Virus record (IMG/VR): IMGVR_UViG_3300043436_001797
Location: 1-64,000 of that record
Length of the DNA: 64,000 nucleotides
Origin: a virus
Strand: one strand, 5' to 3'
Of the stretch, positions 36,586-47,249 are shown piece by piece. Each line of letters starts with the position of its first letter. The stretch's first letter is position 1. The translations under genes and the position numbers were made by a program. The notes under the pieces are model-generated. The model worked only from the letters and a program-made list of their open reading frames with translations, ran no database searches and was not told the DNA's origin.

Positions 36586-38241
36586 ATGGGCGTTCCTGTA
36601 AAATCAAACAATACACAACAAGGGTGTAATCCAATATCATCTAACTGTGTAATCTGGCAAGGACCAGATATTCCATGCATCACCTTATGCACAGGAGATT
36701 CTGTTAGTGACGTTGTTGCTAAGATGGCAACAGAGTTATGCGAGATAACTGATCAATTAAACATTAGTCTTTTAGACTTATCTTGCTTTAATCCACTCTA
36801 TCCTACTCCTCAGAATTTCCAGGATGTAATGCAGATTATTCTTAACAAAGTCTGCGCCTTAGAAAATGGAACCGCTGCTGATGGTACAAGTAGCGCAGGA
36901 TGTCCTTCTGATTGTATAGTAACCGTAGCACCTTGTCTTCAGACACAAGACTATTTGGGTAACACAATCACTACAATGTCTTTGCAGGATTATGTGATTC
37001 TTATAGGTAATAGAATTTGTACTATTCTTACCAGTATTGCTGGTTTGCAACTTCAGATTGATAATCTAAATGTAAGAGTTACAAATATTGAAAACAATAC
37101 TGGTGGTGGTGGTAGTGGAAGTTCTTCTTTTAATGTTACCAGCGAGTGTGTTACTCAAGGAAGTGTACCTTTACAAGAGTATATAAATGCGCTAGATCTT
37201 GCTTTTTGCCTGTTGCAAGCTAATACAGGTACTACTGCACAATTTACTAGCGCAGATTCAGCTTCAGCATGTGTTAACCAAAACAGTGTGCAGATGGCTA
37301 ACCCACCCCAAATTATGGGTGGTTATCAATCACCTCCGTGGATAGCTTCTCCCCAAACTGCATATCAGCATATACAAAATCTTTGGGTTGCTATTTGTGA
37401 TATCAGAACAGGGTTGACAAATCTTAGAGAGCAGCTGACTGCATGTTGTGCACCATCAGCACCATGCCCTACTAATTTACCTATACCTCAAATATATCTT
37501 AATAAAAGCACTGTTGACGATTATCTCTATTTTAGGGTTTCAGGAAATACAACTGGTGCAACTACACCAAATGCTATTGTGCTTGGTGGAGAGGAATGGG
37601 TGCTTTCAAGATTTGAAGGTACTGTTGTTCCTTCTGCTACTGGTGTTGCATCACAAATAAATGTATCTATTCCTAATATTACATTTACCACTCAGATAAG
37701 TTATACTAATAGCGACGATGGAAGTAACCCATTAGCTAGTGTTAGTGGTATAGGTGTTTCTATTCAAGTTCAAGCTCTAGGAACATTTTATTGGAAAAAT
37801 GTTACAACTAATCAAGAATGTGGTGTTTCAGCCGGAAATAATCCAACACTAGTTAATCAATATGCTGTATCAACTTATGGTTGTCCTTCATTTGGCGGAC
37901 CATCGCCATCTCTTTCTGTAGTAGCTGGTTCCACTAGTGCATGTAGTCTCGCTACAGGTGGAAGCGTTACCGTATCTGTTATTAGTCCAATTGCATTCTT
38001 AAGTGGTCCTGGTGTAACACAGTCTAGTATGCCTGTAAGTGTTACTTACACAAATACTTCAAATATATCTGTAACACAGCAAACAATATTTAACAGCGGC
38101 ACTCAGAGCTTTACTATTCCTAGTGGTATTAAATGCGGTACTACTGTTTCAGTTAGTGTTGGTAATATAAGTCAAGGTAATGCACAAAGGTTTCCCGAAT
38201 GCAGCAACAGCGGTAGCGTAACTTTACCAGCAGGAACTTAA
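36586..38241 (+). CDS. Cys-rich fibre-like protein
   Basis: CVIWQGPDIPC..GD..V N-terminal motif, coiled coil, beta-rich C-terminus. Confidence 0.6.
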   Translation: MGVPVKSNNTQQGCNPISSNCVIWQGPDIPCITLCTGDSVSDVVAKMATELCEITDQLNISLLDLSCFNPLYPTPQNFQDVMQIILNKVCALENGTAADGTSSAGCPSDCIVTVAPCLQTQDYLGNTITTMSLQDYVILIGNRICTILTSIAGLQLQIDNLNVRVTNIENNTGGGGSGSSSFNVTSECVTQGSVPLQEYINALDLAFCLLQANTGTTAQFTSADSASACVNQNSVQMANPPQIMGGYQSPPWIASPQTAYQHIQNLWVAICDIRTGLTNLREQLTACCAPSAPCPTNLPIPQIYLNKSTVDDYLYFRVSGNTTGATTPNAIVLGGEEWVLSRFEGTVVPSATGVASQINVSIPNITFTTQISYTNSDDGSNPLASVSGIGVSIQVQALGTFYWKNVTTNQECGVSAGNNPTLVNQYAVSTYGCPSFGGPSPSLSVVAGSTSACSLATGGSVTVSVISPIAFLSGPGVTQSSMPVSVTYTNTSNISVTQQTIFNSGTQSFTIPSGIKCGTTVSVSVGNISQGNAQRFPECSNSGSVTLPAGT

Positions 38242-38268
38242 GTATAATAATAATTAAAAAGATAAATA

Positions 38269-38826
38269 ATGGCTTGCTCAAATAATACAAGTACTAGTAC
38301 AAGTGGTGGATGCGGTTGTGGATGTACTCCCGCTAGCCAGGTAGCACCTCCATGCGCACCTCCTTGTGAGTCAAAGGTTGCCGGAAACTGCATGGAGTAT
38401 ATCAATGCTGCTTGTGCGGTAATGAATGATAGTATCCAGCAGTACAGTATTGAAAAAGGAGATACAGTAGAATCTGTGTTTCAAAGATTGATTCTTGCTA
38501 TTACGAATCCGGGTTGTGTTACAGCAGCAGGTGTATCTTACTCACCAATTCCACTTCAAAGCACAAATGTTACTAACTCTACTATAAGTATTACTTGGGG
38601 AGCATCGGATCCTAATCCTAGTGGAGATCCTGCATATGAAGTTCAGTATAAAATAAATGATCCAGCTATAGGTACATGGACATCACTTCCATTGCAAAGT
38701 ACTACCACAGCTACAATAACAGGTCTTCTAGCAATGAACTCTTATTTGATAAGAGTAAGACCTACTTATTCTGACGGAAATAATAACACTTGTTATTCAG
38801 TAAGTATAATTGTAACTACAGCATAA
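38269..38826 (+). CDS. Fibronectin type III domain protein
   Basis: TNVTNSTISITW..YEVQYK..W..ATITGL..SYLIRVR. Confidence 0.75.
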   Translation: MACSNNTSTSTSGGCGCGCTPASQVAPPCAPPCESKVAGNCMEYINAACAVMNDSIQQYSIEKGDTVESVFQRLILAITNPGCVTAAGVSYSPIPLQSTNVTNSTISITWGASDPNPSGDPAYEVQYKINDPAIGTWTSLPLQSTTTATITGLLAMNSYLIRVRPTYSDGNNNTCYSVSIIVTTA

Positions 38827-38827
38827 T

Positions 38828-41800
38828 ATGCCAATTTGTAATAATCAATATCCTACTGGAGGAACACCTGCTCCAAATCCTAGTGTTGGTACTTCAGGAC
38901 CTAACGTATCTATTACATCCGCAAATGTAGAAATAATTTATCCTACTATTATAATAAATAATAGTACTACTGGTACGCAAAAACAATGGTTTGCTGCTAA
39001 TCTAGTTGGTGCAGAAGTTTTTACTCTTAATTTTTTACCAAGTGATATAAACTGGTTTGGAACACTAAGAGCAGCTAGCCCTGCAGACAATGGTATTGGT
39101 AATACCGAAGCTGCTGTTCTTAATAACACTGCATCTGCTAAATTATGTGAGTCAGGTTTTTTGTATAAACCTGATTGTATTCAAAATATTAACAATTGGT
39201 TAGCTAGTACAGCAGGGGTGGCAGCAGTGGGTGCAGGTTGGAGGGTTGCTACACAAGCAGATTTTGAGCATTTGCTTGAGGCATTAGATCCGTTATCTGA
39301 TGCAAATTCTACATTTAAACTTAGAAATACATCTACATCGGGTAATGCCACTATTAATACACAATGGCTTTCTACTTCTACTGCACCACCAGCAGGTGTA
39401 ACTTTAAACTACTCAGGTTTTAATGCTTTTGCTGCTGGTGCAAGAGTAATAACAACAGCAACGCCTCAAAGCGGAGGTTCGATTAATTTTAATGGAAGAT
39501 TTGTAGCCTGGTGGTTAGGTCCATCAACACCTGGTGGAACAGATAATCAGTATAATGTAACTGGTTTTGCTAAAGCTTTTTATAAATCGGTATCTATCTG
39601 GAATAGAGGAGATCAACCACAAGGTGCAACAAATCCAGCTAACTCATTAAAATTTAATATAGCAGGTAGTAGTACTAACCCAGGTTTAACCTCTGGGACT
39701 TATATTTCTAATGACCCTAATGTAGGTAACTCAATACGTTTAGTAAGAGATTGGGTTAATCCGGATTGTCCTGATCTAACAACATCAGATGCTTTAAATC
39801 CCACTCTTGTAGCTGCAGGAGCGTATGAGCCTGTTACATTTGACCAGACAGTATATCCATCTATTTGGATAGGTGCTCAAAAATGGGTAGCATCAAACCT
39901 TGTAGAAACTCTTGCACCAGGTTTAACTCTTGTTGATGATGGTACCTGGAAAACATTAGGCGATAATTATGTACCAGCATATACTTATTGTAATATAAAT
40001 ACTGAGTTGTTAGATTGCAAACAAGGGTATTTATTTAATTATTCCGCAGGTGTTGCAATAAACAATTATTTAGTAGGCCAAGGTATTAATCAGAAATATA
40101 GAGTTCCTTCTAATGATGACTTTAATGAATTAGTAGATTATTTAGGAGGTGCATCTGTAGCAGGAGGTAAACTAAAATCAAATACCCCTACTCCGACAAC
40201 TTATTGGGATGCACCTAATACTGGAGCAGATAACAGTTCTGGATTTTCAGCAATTCATAATGGGGTAGCATCAGTTAATAATACTCCTCCAATAGAGCTG
40301 GAGTTTACAAATTGTGGACCAATTAATAGAGTTGGCGCTACTTATAGAAGTCGTGATGAAAATAGTACATTTCCAGGAAGTTCTGCACTCATAGAGTTGA
40401 CTAACTCTAGCGATAATTCTTCAATTTATGAGGTCCAGAACTATTTAGGTCATGCAATAAGATTAGTTATACCTAGTATACCAGTTACAATAGTATTTGC
40501 TGGACCGGGTACTGGTTCGGCTACAGTAACAGGTGTAGATAGCACTATAACTGATACAGGTACATCTGGATTTGTAATAAGACTTAGAAATGGGGAAGAC
40601 TTAACTGTTATTGCTACACCAGATTCTCCATATGTAACAGGCTCTATTAATGTAACAGATGGGGTTCCTTCAGGGGTTCCTCAAACAACCCCTATTGCCG
40701 GTGGACTACAGGTTAATGGTTTATCAGAAGCAATAACTGTAACTATTACATTTACCAATCCTCCTGCACCAGCATCATGCAATCCTTGCACTTTTAGTCA
40801 ATTAAATTCGGGATTGACATATGGTAGTGTCACAGTAAATAGTGTATGCTACCCAACTTTACAAATTGGTTCTCTTGAGGTTACTACATACAACCTTACG
40901 GTAAGAGATCTTAGTACTTTTCTTTTTCCGGGCGTACCTTTTATTACTAATGCTGCAGGATGGGTAAGTGCGGGTTCTAGTAGTTCTGCTGCCTGTACTT
41001 TTACAAACTTTGCAAATAATTCACTGTCTAATAGTACAAATGAAAATACTTGTGCTACAGGACTACTTTTTAATCACCATGCTATAGCTCTTATTAATGC
41101 TTATCTAAGCGCTAATAATCCGGGATGGCGTGTACTTACAGAGTGTGATGCTAAGCATATAAAAAATAGGGTTTCAATTGATCTTTCAGTAGGATGTCCT
41201 GCAAATGGTTTAGGTGTAGGAGCTATTAACGTAGGTGGAAATGGTTTAGCAGGTAATGCATCAGATGAATGTCTTCAGAATGATGATTTCAACCCTTCTG
41301 GTTTAGGTGCTACTTTAATGTCTGCTGGTGGCACTACTGATAATGCTGCTGCTAATAATGATTCCGGCTATACTTTAGTTAAAACAGGATATATAAATGA
41401 CACCGGTAGTTTTAGTGGTCCTGTTAATTCAAATATTTGGACTAGTACTTCAGCAGATAAACAATACGCTAATGGTAGTTCTACTGTTTATGATGGTTAT
41501 GCTTGGAGAGGTTTTGCAGCAGATTTAGGGAGTGGTGGAGAAACTTATATAGATCATATTCCAAATTTACCATCTTGGGGTTTTGCTCTTAGACTGTGCC
41601 AAACTATAGATACCCCCTACGATTTTACTGGTACTCATAATGTTAGTTTAGATACAGGTGTTTTGGTAGCTGGCGTACCTATATCAGGCGCTACAAGTAC
41701 AATTGATTATAACAATAGTTACGGAACTTGGAGAATCAATAAGTGTAGAGATATAGTTAATAACGTTACTGCTACAGCTGGTATAAACGATGTTGCTCCA

Positions 41801-44800
41801 GGTTGGGATAAACTTAATGGTACAACAGCTAATCCTGATACAGGTCAAATTGTTGTTAGATTTTCTGGGATACCTGCAGCACCAGGAACATATACTTGGT
41901 ATCTTCCTATAGGTTGTGATATAATTCCGATCACAAGGGAAATAATTCCTGATCCTGGTTCAATAACAGATTTAATTTGTGGTGCTGCTGCATCTAGTCT
42001 TACTGGTGTTTTATTTGAAGGTGACGATGCTTCAGGTATAACCTTTACTGTAAGTTATACTGGAGGCAATGGTGGGGATTATGCTGCACAAAGTATTTTA
42101 TCTACTGGAGTAGCTGGTCTTACGGCAACTCTTGCTGCAGGAAGCTTTGCTAGTGGTTCGGGAACTTTAACGTACACACTTTCAGGTACTCCTGCTGATG
42201 GCGGTACAGCATCTTTTGCTTTAAGTTTTCCTGGTCCAAATAGTACTACTGTATCCTGCACTGTTATTTTAGATGTTGAAGAAGTAATCCTAATTACATT
42301 TTTAGGATGTAACAGCGCTACATATACTCCTAATACTCCTCCTTTTTATGTCAGTACACCACTAAATGAAAACATTTCTATAGCGTATGCTGCGTCTAAT
42401 AGTGGAGAATATGCAGGAGATACATTTGCATCAACAGGTCTTACAGGATTAACCCTTACTCTAAATCCAACTACTGTAACTAGTTCTGGTTCATTTACAG
42501 GAACAATAACAGGTATAGCGGGTCAAACAGGTACAGCAATTTTTACTATATGTATAGGTGGGTATAACGGACAAGGTCAGTTCTGTTGCACTTTATCAGT
42601 ACCTATTGTAGAAATTCCTTCAGGAGTAGAGCAATTAGATTGTGCAAATGCTGTATTTACCGGAACTGTTTCATTTCCTGGAAGTTACGCTGCCGGAAAT
42701 AATATTACTATTACTATACCTTACATTGGTGGAAATGGTGGTGGATATCCTTATACAGCATTTTCATCCACAGGTATAACCGGTCTTACAATGTCAGCAC
42801 CTGCAGGGAACTTTGCAGGTAGTCAAACTACTCCACAAAATGGTACTATTCTTTTTACAGTAATAGGTACTCCGAGTGGAATAGGTAATGCTGTATTTGA
42901 TATTGAAATTGGAGGTCAAACTTGTCAGATAGAACTACCTGTAGTAGAATTACCCGGGGATGCCAATCTAAATTGCGGAGCTGCTACTACAAGTTCTCAA
43001 GTACTTTCCGGACAATCTGTTAATGGTATAACATTGTCCATACCATATACAGGAGGTAATGGAGGAACATATGACTCTCAAATCATACAATCTACACCAG
43101 CAGGAGTTACTGCATCATTAGCTCCTGGAACTCTTGCTGTAGGTTCTGGTGTTTTAGTACTATCTCTTACTGGTACAATGCCTGCTGGATTTATACCGAT
43201 TACATTTCAGTTTGCATTTCCAGTAGGTTCACCTGCTTGTACTATTACACTAACTCCTCCGATTGAAGATGGTACAGCAGACTTAGACTGTAACAGTTTA
43301 AGTGTTGTTGGTACAATTACGTATCCTGATCCAATACCTGTAAACAACCCCATTATACTTTATATAAACTATACTAACAGTAATGGTGGATCATACCCTG
43401 CAGCAACATTTACTTCAGCTTTAGGTGGAGTACTTGGTTTAACTGCAACTCTTGAAGCTGGTCAGTTTGCATTAGGATTTGGACAATTACAATTAACAGT
43501 AACTGGTACTCCGCAAAGTTCCGGTACAGCATATTTTGATATTACAATAGGAGGAACAACTTGTACTTTTGATATACCTGTTGAACCACCTATCGGTGAT
43601 ATAGATCAGTTAAATTGTAATCCTAGTTCCATTGCTGTTACCGGAACTTTGGTAAATGGACAAGTTGCTTCAGGAGTAACATTTACAGTTCCTTATGCAG
43701 GATCTAACGGGGGCACTTATCCTGCAAATACTGCTAACTCTTTAAGTATAGTTACAGGACTTACTGCAACTTTAGCTTCAGGTATATTTAACGAACCTAA
43801 TGGAACAGTTACTTACACGGTAACAGGAACACCACTGGGTTCAGGTCCTGCTACATTTCCTATTACTGTTGCAAACCAGTCATGTACAATATTACTTACA
43901 GTAGATCCTATACCAGGGACAGCAGATTTAGACTGTGCTAATGCTACATTTAGTGCTACTCCTGTACAAGGTTTTTCTACTTCTGTAACAGGAAATATTC
44001 CTTATACCAATGGTAACGGAGGATATTATGATACTTATACCGATACTGTAGATGGATTAACATTAACTATTAACGATGGGTATTTTAATAATGGTTCAGG
44101 ATCTGTTCCATTTACTATTCAAGGTATACCCACTGTATCAGGAACAATCACATTTACTAATATTCAGGTAGGTGACCAAACCTGTAATTTAACCATTACT
44201 GTTTCAGAACCGCCTCCTATTATTGACGATCTACTCTGTGATCAAGCGGTTATAACCGGATCATTAGTAATAAATGAAGTTGCTTCTGGTGTAACTATTA
44301 CAATCCCTTACGAGGGAAGCAATGGGCAACCTTATCCTGAAGATAGTAGTAACTCTACTGGAATTACAGGATTAACTGCTACTACCCCTGCTGGTGTATT
44401 AACTGATCCTACAGGTGAATTAATATACACAGTTACAGGTACTCCGACTACTAGCGGTGTAGCAACGTTTACTATAACCATAGGCACACAGACCTGTGTT
44501 ATTAGTATACCTGTAAGTCCTCCTAACTTCTTTGGTCCTGAAGAGCCCTCTCCTTGTGAAGAAGTTACTTACACGGATCCTGGTTGTGAAGTATTAACTG
44601 ATACCTGTACAATTCTTTTCAATGGTACTGAAGTAGTATACACTACAATAAGTACTACTGATCCTTGTCAGGTATCTTTTCAGGTTCCTTGCGATGCTCC
44701 ACCTAATGAGGTTGCTATTGTAACTTTCTTAGATTGTGAGGATAATATAATTACAACTGAAGAATTACCTATTGGTGATAAGTTACCATCTTATCTTTCA

Positions 44801-46537
44801 CAAACTGCAGGATGTCCTGGTGATGAAGTTACTTTATTAGACACAGGTTGCACATTTGCAACTAGCGTCACAAACATTCAAGTTTGCTACCCTGGATCAA
44901 CAGGTTGTATTTCTATAGGTCCCGGTACACTTTTAAACTCAAGTCTTCCTTTACCTTGTTCTATTGCATTCACAATACCTGTACCTTCACCAGCACCGTT
45001 TTATCCGGTTGATGTTCAAATTGTATTTGAAGGTTCGTCAGGAGTTTTAGAACAATTTGACTTTACAGTTGAAAATTGCGCTGACACAGAAAACAGTTTT
45101 GAACCTATTGGTTGTGCACTTCCTGGTGACGAAGTTACTTTTACTAATCCTAACTGCAACTTAGTAAGTCCAGATTTTAGTGAGCTGCTTGTAGGAGGAA
45201 TTAGTGCTGCAATAGTAAGTGTTAATAATACTCCTCCATGTTCTGTAACGTTCTTGATTCCTGATGAGACAAGTTCAGGTTTACAGGAAATACAGTTTAT
45301 AGACGATCTTGGTAACTTATTAGGTACTGAAGAATACTCTGTTGCCGCAGAAGGTGTTGGTTCTAATTACACTGTTACGTTTACTCCTCAAATTGACACT
45401 TGTCATAGAATATACTTCCGTACAACTCAAGAAGAGTATTGTTACTATCAAGCAGATGGACCTTTTGAAGTCGGTGTACCTGTAACAGTTACTATTGATT
45501 TGCAGGATTATGCTGAGTGTTTGGTTACTGTTCCACCGACTAGTTGTGATGATAATATAATAGTTACAGGTTACATACAACCATGCTGTACTAATGAAGA
45601 TGCTCTAGATAATAGAGTAGAAATGAACTGTGTACAGTATGCTGCAACAGATTGTGGACTATACTCTGTAGTATGTAACTCATCTAATTGCGGTACGTTT
45701 ACTAAATCAAACTGTTTTGCATCAGGTTGTACTGGAATAAACGATCTCACTGAATATGCATTTAGAGGTAATGCAGGGATACCTAGCAATACAGTATATG
45801 TATGTTCTGAAGGAAATGGTGTTCAAAACACTACTAATTCCACGTACACTATAACTAAGTTGTCCTCTGTTGTAGCTAAAGCTTATGGACTAAATATACT
45901 ACAAGCTTATCCTTTTCAACCTTCTACTATTTACTGGACAAATAATGCAAGTGTTGAATGGAATCCTGCCGGAACATGTTCTTTTGTCGGTGATCATGTA
46001 TATGTTCCAGAAAATACTACTACAGGTACTGTCTTAAGCGCAGTTATTTTAACAGTAGGGACTACATACGAGTTTACTTTTAGTATGTTTTCTAACTTAG
46101 CTAACATTATTAGTTTTACTTCCGGGCTAGGTAACACCGTTTCTGTATCAAGTCCTGGTGGATCTTATCCTCCTGTTGGAACAACTTATCAAATCACAGC
46201 AGGATCTACAGGAAGACTTTCGATTAGTATCCCTTCTGTAGGAAAAGGTACTTGTTTTCAGCTAACTGGATTAAGAGTAGTTCAAACAGGAATAAGAGCA
46301 ACATGCTGCACATGTTTCGGTGCTGAGGTTATCTTAGATTTACCTGAAGATGGACCTACTTCTATAGAAGTATACTATACTCAGTGTACTGATGATGGTC
46401 CCCAGATTGCAACAACTACACTAACAAATTCTGTAAATGTAATAAACTGCTGTACTTATGGTAGTGTGTTTCCTGTAAATAGGTTTGATGTAGATTATAT
46501 AACATCACTTGTCTACTTGATTAATTCAGGTTGTTGA
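38828..46537 (+). CDS. Giant adhesin/fibre (2569 aa): 3 Fib_succ_major-like domains, 8 Ig-like repeats, IPT-like repeats
   Basis: W.A.NL..G.L(Y/F)..GWRV..(D)F..L..SGF..G.SIRL three times; LxC..Y.G.NGG.Y..GTP..C eight times; (P)G/CxEVT three times. Confidence 0.75.
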   Translation: MPICNNQYPTGGTPAPNPSVGTSGPNVSITSANVEIIYPTIIINNSTTGTQKQWFAANLVGAEVFTLNFLPSDINWFGTLRAASPADNGIGNTEAAVLNNTASAKLCESGFLYKPDCIQNINNWLASTAGVAAVGAGWRVATQADFEHLLEALDPLSDANSTFKLRNTSTSGNATINTQWLSTSTAPPAGVTLNYSGFNAFAAGARVITTATPQSGGSINFNGRFVAWWLGPSTPGGTDNQYNVTGFAKAFYKSVSIWNRGDQPQGATNPANSLKFNIAGSSTNPGLTSGTYISNDPNVGNSIRLVRDWVNPDCPDLTTSDALNPTLVAAGAYEPVTFDQTVYPSIWIGAQKWVASNLVETLAPGLTLVDDGTWKTLGDNYVPAYTYCNINTELLDCKQGYLFNYSAGVAINNYLVGQGINQKYRVPSNDDFNELVDYLGGASVAGGKLKSNTPTPTTYWDAPNTGADNSSGFSAIHNGVASVNNTPPIELEFTNCGPINRVGATYRSRDENSTFPGSSALIELTNSSDNSSIYEVQNYLGHAIRLVIPSIPVTIVFAGPGTGSATVTGVDSTITDTGTSGFVIRLRNGEDLTVIATPDSPYVTGSINVTDGVPSGVPQTTPIAGGLQVNGLSEAITVTITFTNPPAPASCNPCTFSQLNSGLTYGSVTVNSVCYPTLQIGSLEVTTYNLTVRDLSTFLFPGVPFITNAAGWVSAGSSSSAACTFTNFANNSLSNSTNENTCATGLLFNHHAIALINAYLSANNPGWRVLTECDAKHIKNRVSIDLSVGCPANGLGVGAINVGGNGLAGNASDECLQNDDFNPSGLGATLMSAGGTTDNAAANNDSGYTLVKTGYINDTGSFSGPVNSNIWTSTSADKQYANGSSTVYDGYAWRGFAADLGSGGETYIDHIPNLPSWGFALRLCQTIDTPYDFTGTHNVSLDTGVLVAGVPISGATSTIDYNNSYGTWRINKCRDIVNNVTATAGINDVAPGWDKLNGTTANPDTGQIVVRFSGIPAAPGTYTWYLPIGCDIIPITREIIPDPGSITDLICGAAASSLTGVLFEGDDASGITFTVSYTGGNGGDYAAQSILSTGVAGLTATLAAGSFASGSGTLTYTLSGTPADGGTASFALSFPGPNSTTVSCTVILDVEEVILITFLGCNSATYTPNTPPFYVSTPLNENISIAYAASNSGEYAGDTFASTGLTGLTLTLNPTTVTSSGSFTGTITGIAGQTGTAIFTICIGGYNGQGQFCCTLSVPIVEIPSGVEQLDCANAVFTGTVSFPGSYAAGNNITITIPYIGGNGGGYPYTAFSSTGITGLTMSAPAGNFAGSQTTPQNGTILFTVIGTPSGIGNAVFDIEIGGQTCQIELPVVELPGDANLNCGAATTSSQVLSGQSVNGITLSIPYTGGNGGTYDSQIIQSTPAGVTASLAPGTLAVGSGVLVLSLTGTMPAGFIPITFQFAFPVGSPACTITLTPPIEDGTADLDCNSLSVVGTITYPDPIPVNNPIILYINYTNSNGGSYPAATFTSALGGVLGLTATLEAGQFALGFGQLQLTVTGTPQSSGTAYFDITIGGTTCTFDIPVEPPIGDIDQLNCNPSSIAVTGTLVNGQVASGVTFTVPYAGSNGGTYPANTANSLSIVTGLTATLASGIFNEPNGTVTYTVTGTPLGSGPATFPITVANQSCTILLTVDPIPGTADLDCANATFSATPVQGFSTSVTGNIPYTNGNGGYYDTYTDTVDGLTLTINDGYFNNGSGSVPFTIQGIPTVSGTITFTNIQVGDQTCNLTITVSEPPPIIDDLLCDQAVITGSLVINEVASGVTITIPYEGSNGQPYPEDSSNSTGITGLTATTPAGVLTDPTGELIYTVTGTPTTSGVATFTITIGTQTCVISIPVSPPNFFGPEEPSPCEEVTYTDPGCEVLTDTCTILFNGTEVVYTTISTTDPCQVSFQVPCDAPPNEVAIVTFLDCEDNIITTEELPIGDKLPSYLSQTAGCPGDEVTLLDTGCTFATSVTNIQVCYPGSTGCISIGPGTLLNSSLPLPCSIAFTIPVPSPAPFYPVDVQIVFEGSSGVLEQFDFTVENCADTENSFEPIGCALPGDEVTFTNPNCNLVSPDFSELLVGGISAAIVSVNNTPPCSVTFLIPDETSSGLQEIQFIDDLGNLLGTEEYSVAAEGVGSNYTVTFTPQIDTCHRIYFRTTQEEYCYYQADGPFEVGVPVTVTIDLQDYAECLVTVPPTSCDDNIIVTGYIQPCCTNEDALDNRVEMNCVQYAATDCGLYSVVCNSSNCGTFTKSNCFASGCTGINDLTEYAFRGNAGIPSNTVYVCSEGNGVQNTTNSTYTITKLSSVVAKAYGLNILQAYPFQPSTIYWTNNASVEWNPAGTCSFVGDHVYVPENTTTGTVLSAVILTVGTTYEFTFSMFSNLANIISFTSGLGNTVSVSSPGGSYPPVGTTYQITAGSTGRLSISIPSVGKGTCFQLTGLRVVQTGIRATCCTCFGAEVILDLPEDGPTSIEVYYTQCTDDGPQIATTTLTNSVNVINCCTYGSVFPVNRFDVDYITSLVYLINSGC

Positions 46538-46545
46538 TAATACTG

Positions 46546-46610
46546 AGTCTAGCTTTTGTTGGTTTAAGCAAGACTGCTACAAAGAGCCTTGGGTAAAACC
46601 GAGGCTTTTT
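46546..46610 (+). ncRNA. Candidate 3'-UTR small RNA: seed-loop hairpin plus terminator
   Basis: Stem AGTCT-A-GCTT / AAGC-A-AGACT with loop TTGTTGGTTT, followed by the terminator hairpin. Complementary to late-gene leaders. Confidence 0.4.
46581..46610 (+). terminator. Intrinsic terminator
   Basis: AGCCTTGG-GTAAAA-CCGAGGCT-TTTT. Confidence 0.8.
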
Positions 46611-46655
46611 GGTATATTTGTTTTTATAATCGACTAAAATTTACTAAATTATATT

Positions 46656-47249
46656 ATGATGAGGAACTTTAGAAAACCGGATCTTGCTGCTCCCCGATTC
46701 AGACCAAAAGCTTTCAATGTTCTAAATAAAGAACTCTGGAAAGAATTTAAGGAGAAGTACCCGAAGTATAAAGATCTTACTTACATGGACTTCAAGAAGA
46801 TTATAAAGCTAAGTAACCAGAAGTTCTGGGAAAAGGTAATCTCTTATAGAGATGGTGTTGAGTTACCTGAGAGTCTAGGTTTTATTTTTATAGGTACGTG
46901 TACATCTCAGAACCCTAAAAGAAAAAACATAAACTATGGTAAATCAATCAAGTACGGGTTTGAGGTAAGCAACAACAATCTTATTTCTGACGGAAAGCTA
47001 GCTAAGATTTTTTATACAAACTACGCGGTTAAGTATAAAGTTAGAGATAGAGAGATCTGGACGTTTACTCCTTGTAGATCTTTTAAGAGACAGGTTGCTA
47101 AGACATATCCAGAAAACTGGGAAAAGTATATTGAGGTTCCGGATAATCTTAAGATATCCAGATTGTATAATGAACTGATTTCTAAAGACGTAGAAAAGAA
47201 AGAAGTCTCATCAGCAATTATAAACTATAACGAATTTGATTTAAGCTAA
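46656..47249 (+). CDS. IHF/HU-like basic protein
   Basis: GVELPESLGFIFI..FTPCRSFKR, HU-like arms; gene order before the tail genes. Confidence 0.6.
   Translation: MMRNFRKPDLAAPRFRPKAFNVLNKELWKEFKEKYPKYKDLTYMDFKKIIKLSNQKFWEKVISYRDGVELPESLGFIFIGTCTSQNPKRKNINYGKSIKYGFEVSNNNLISDGKLAKIFYTNYAVKYKVRDREIWTFTPCRSFKRQVAKTYPENWEKYIEVPDNLKISRLYNELISKDVEKKEVSSAIINYNEFDLS

Noticed and set aside
38828-41600. Diversity-generating retroelement
   Set aside because: No reverse transcriptase and no adenine-variant repeat pair were seen in the window.
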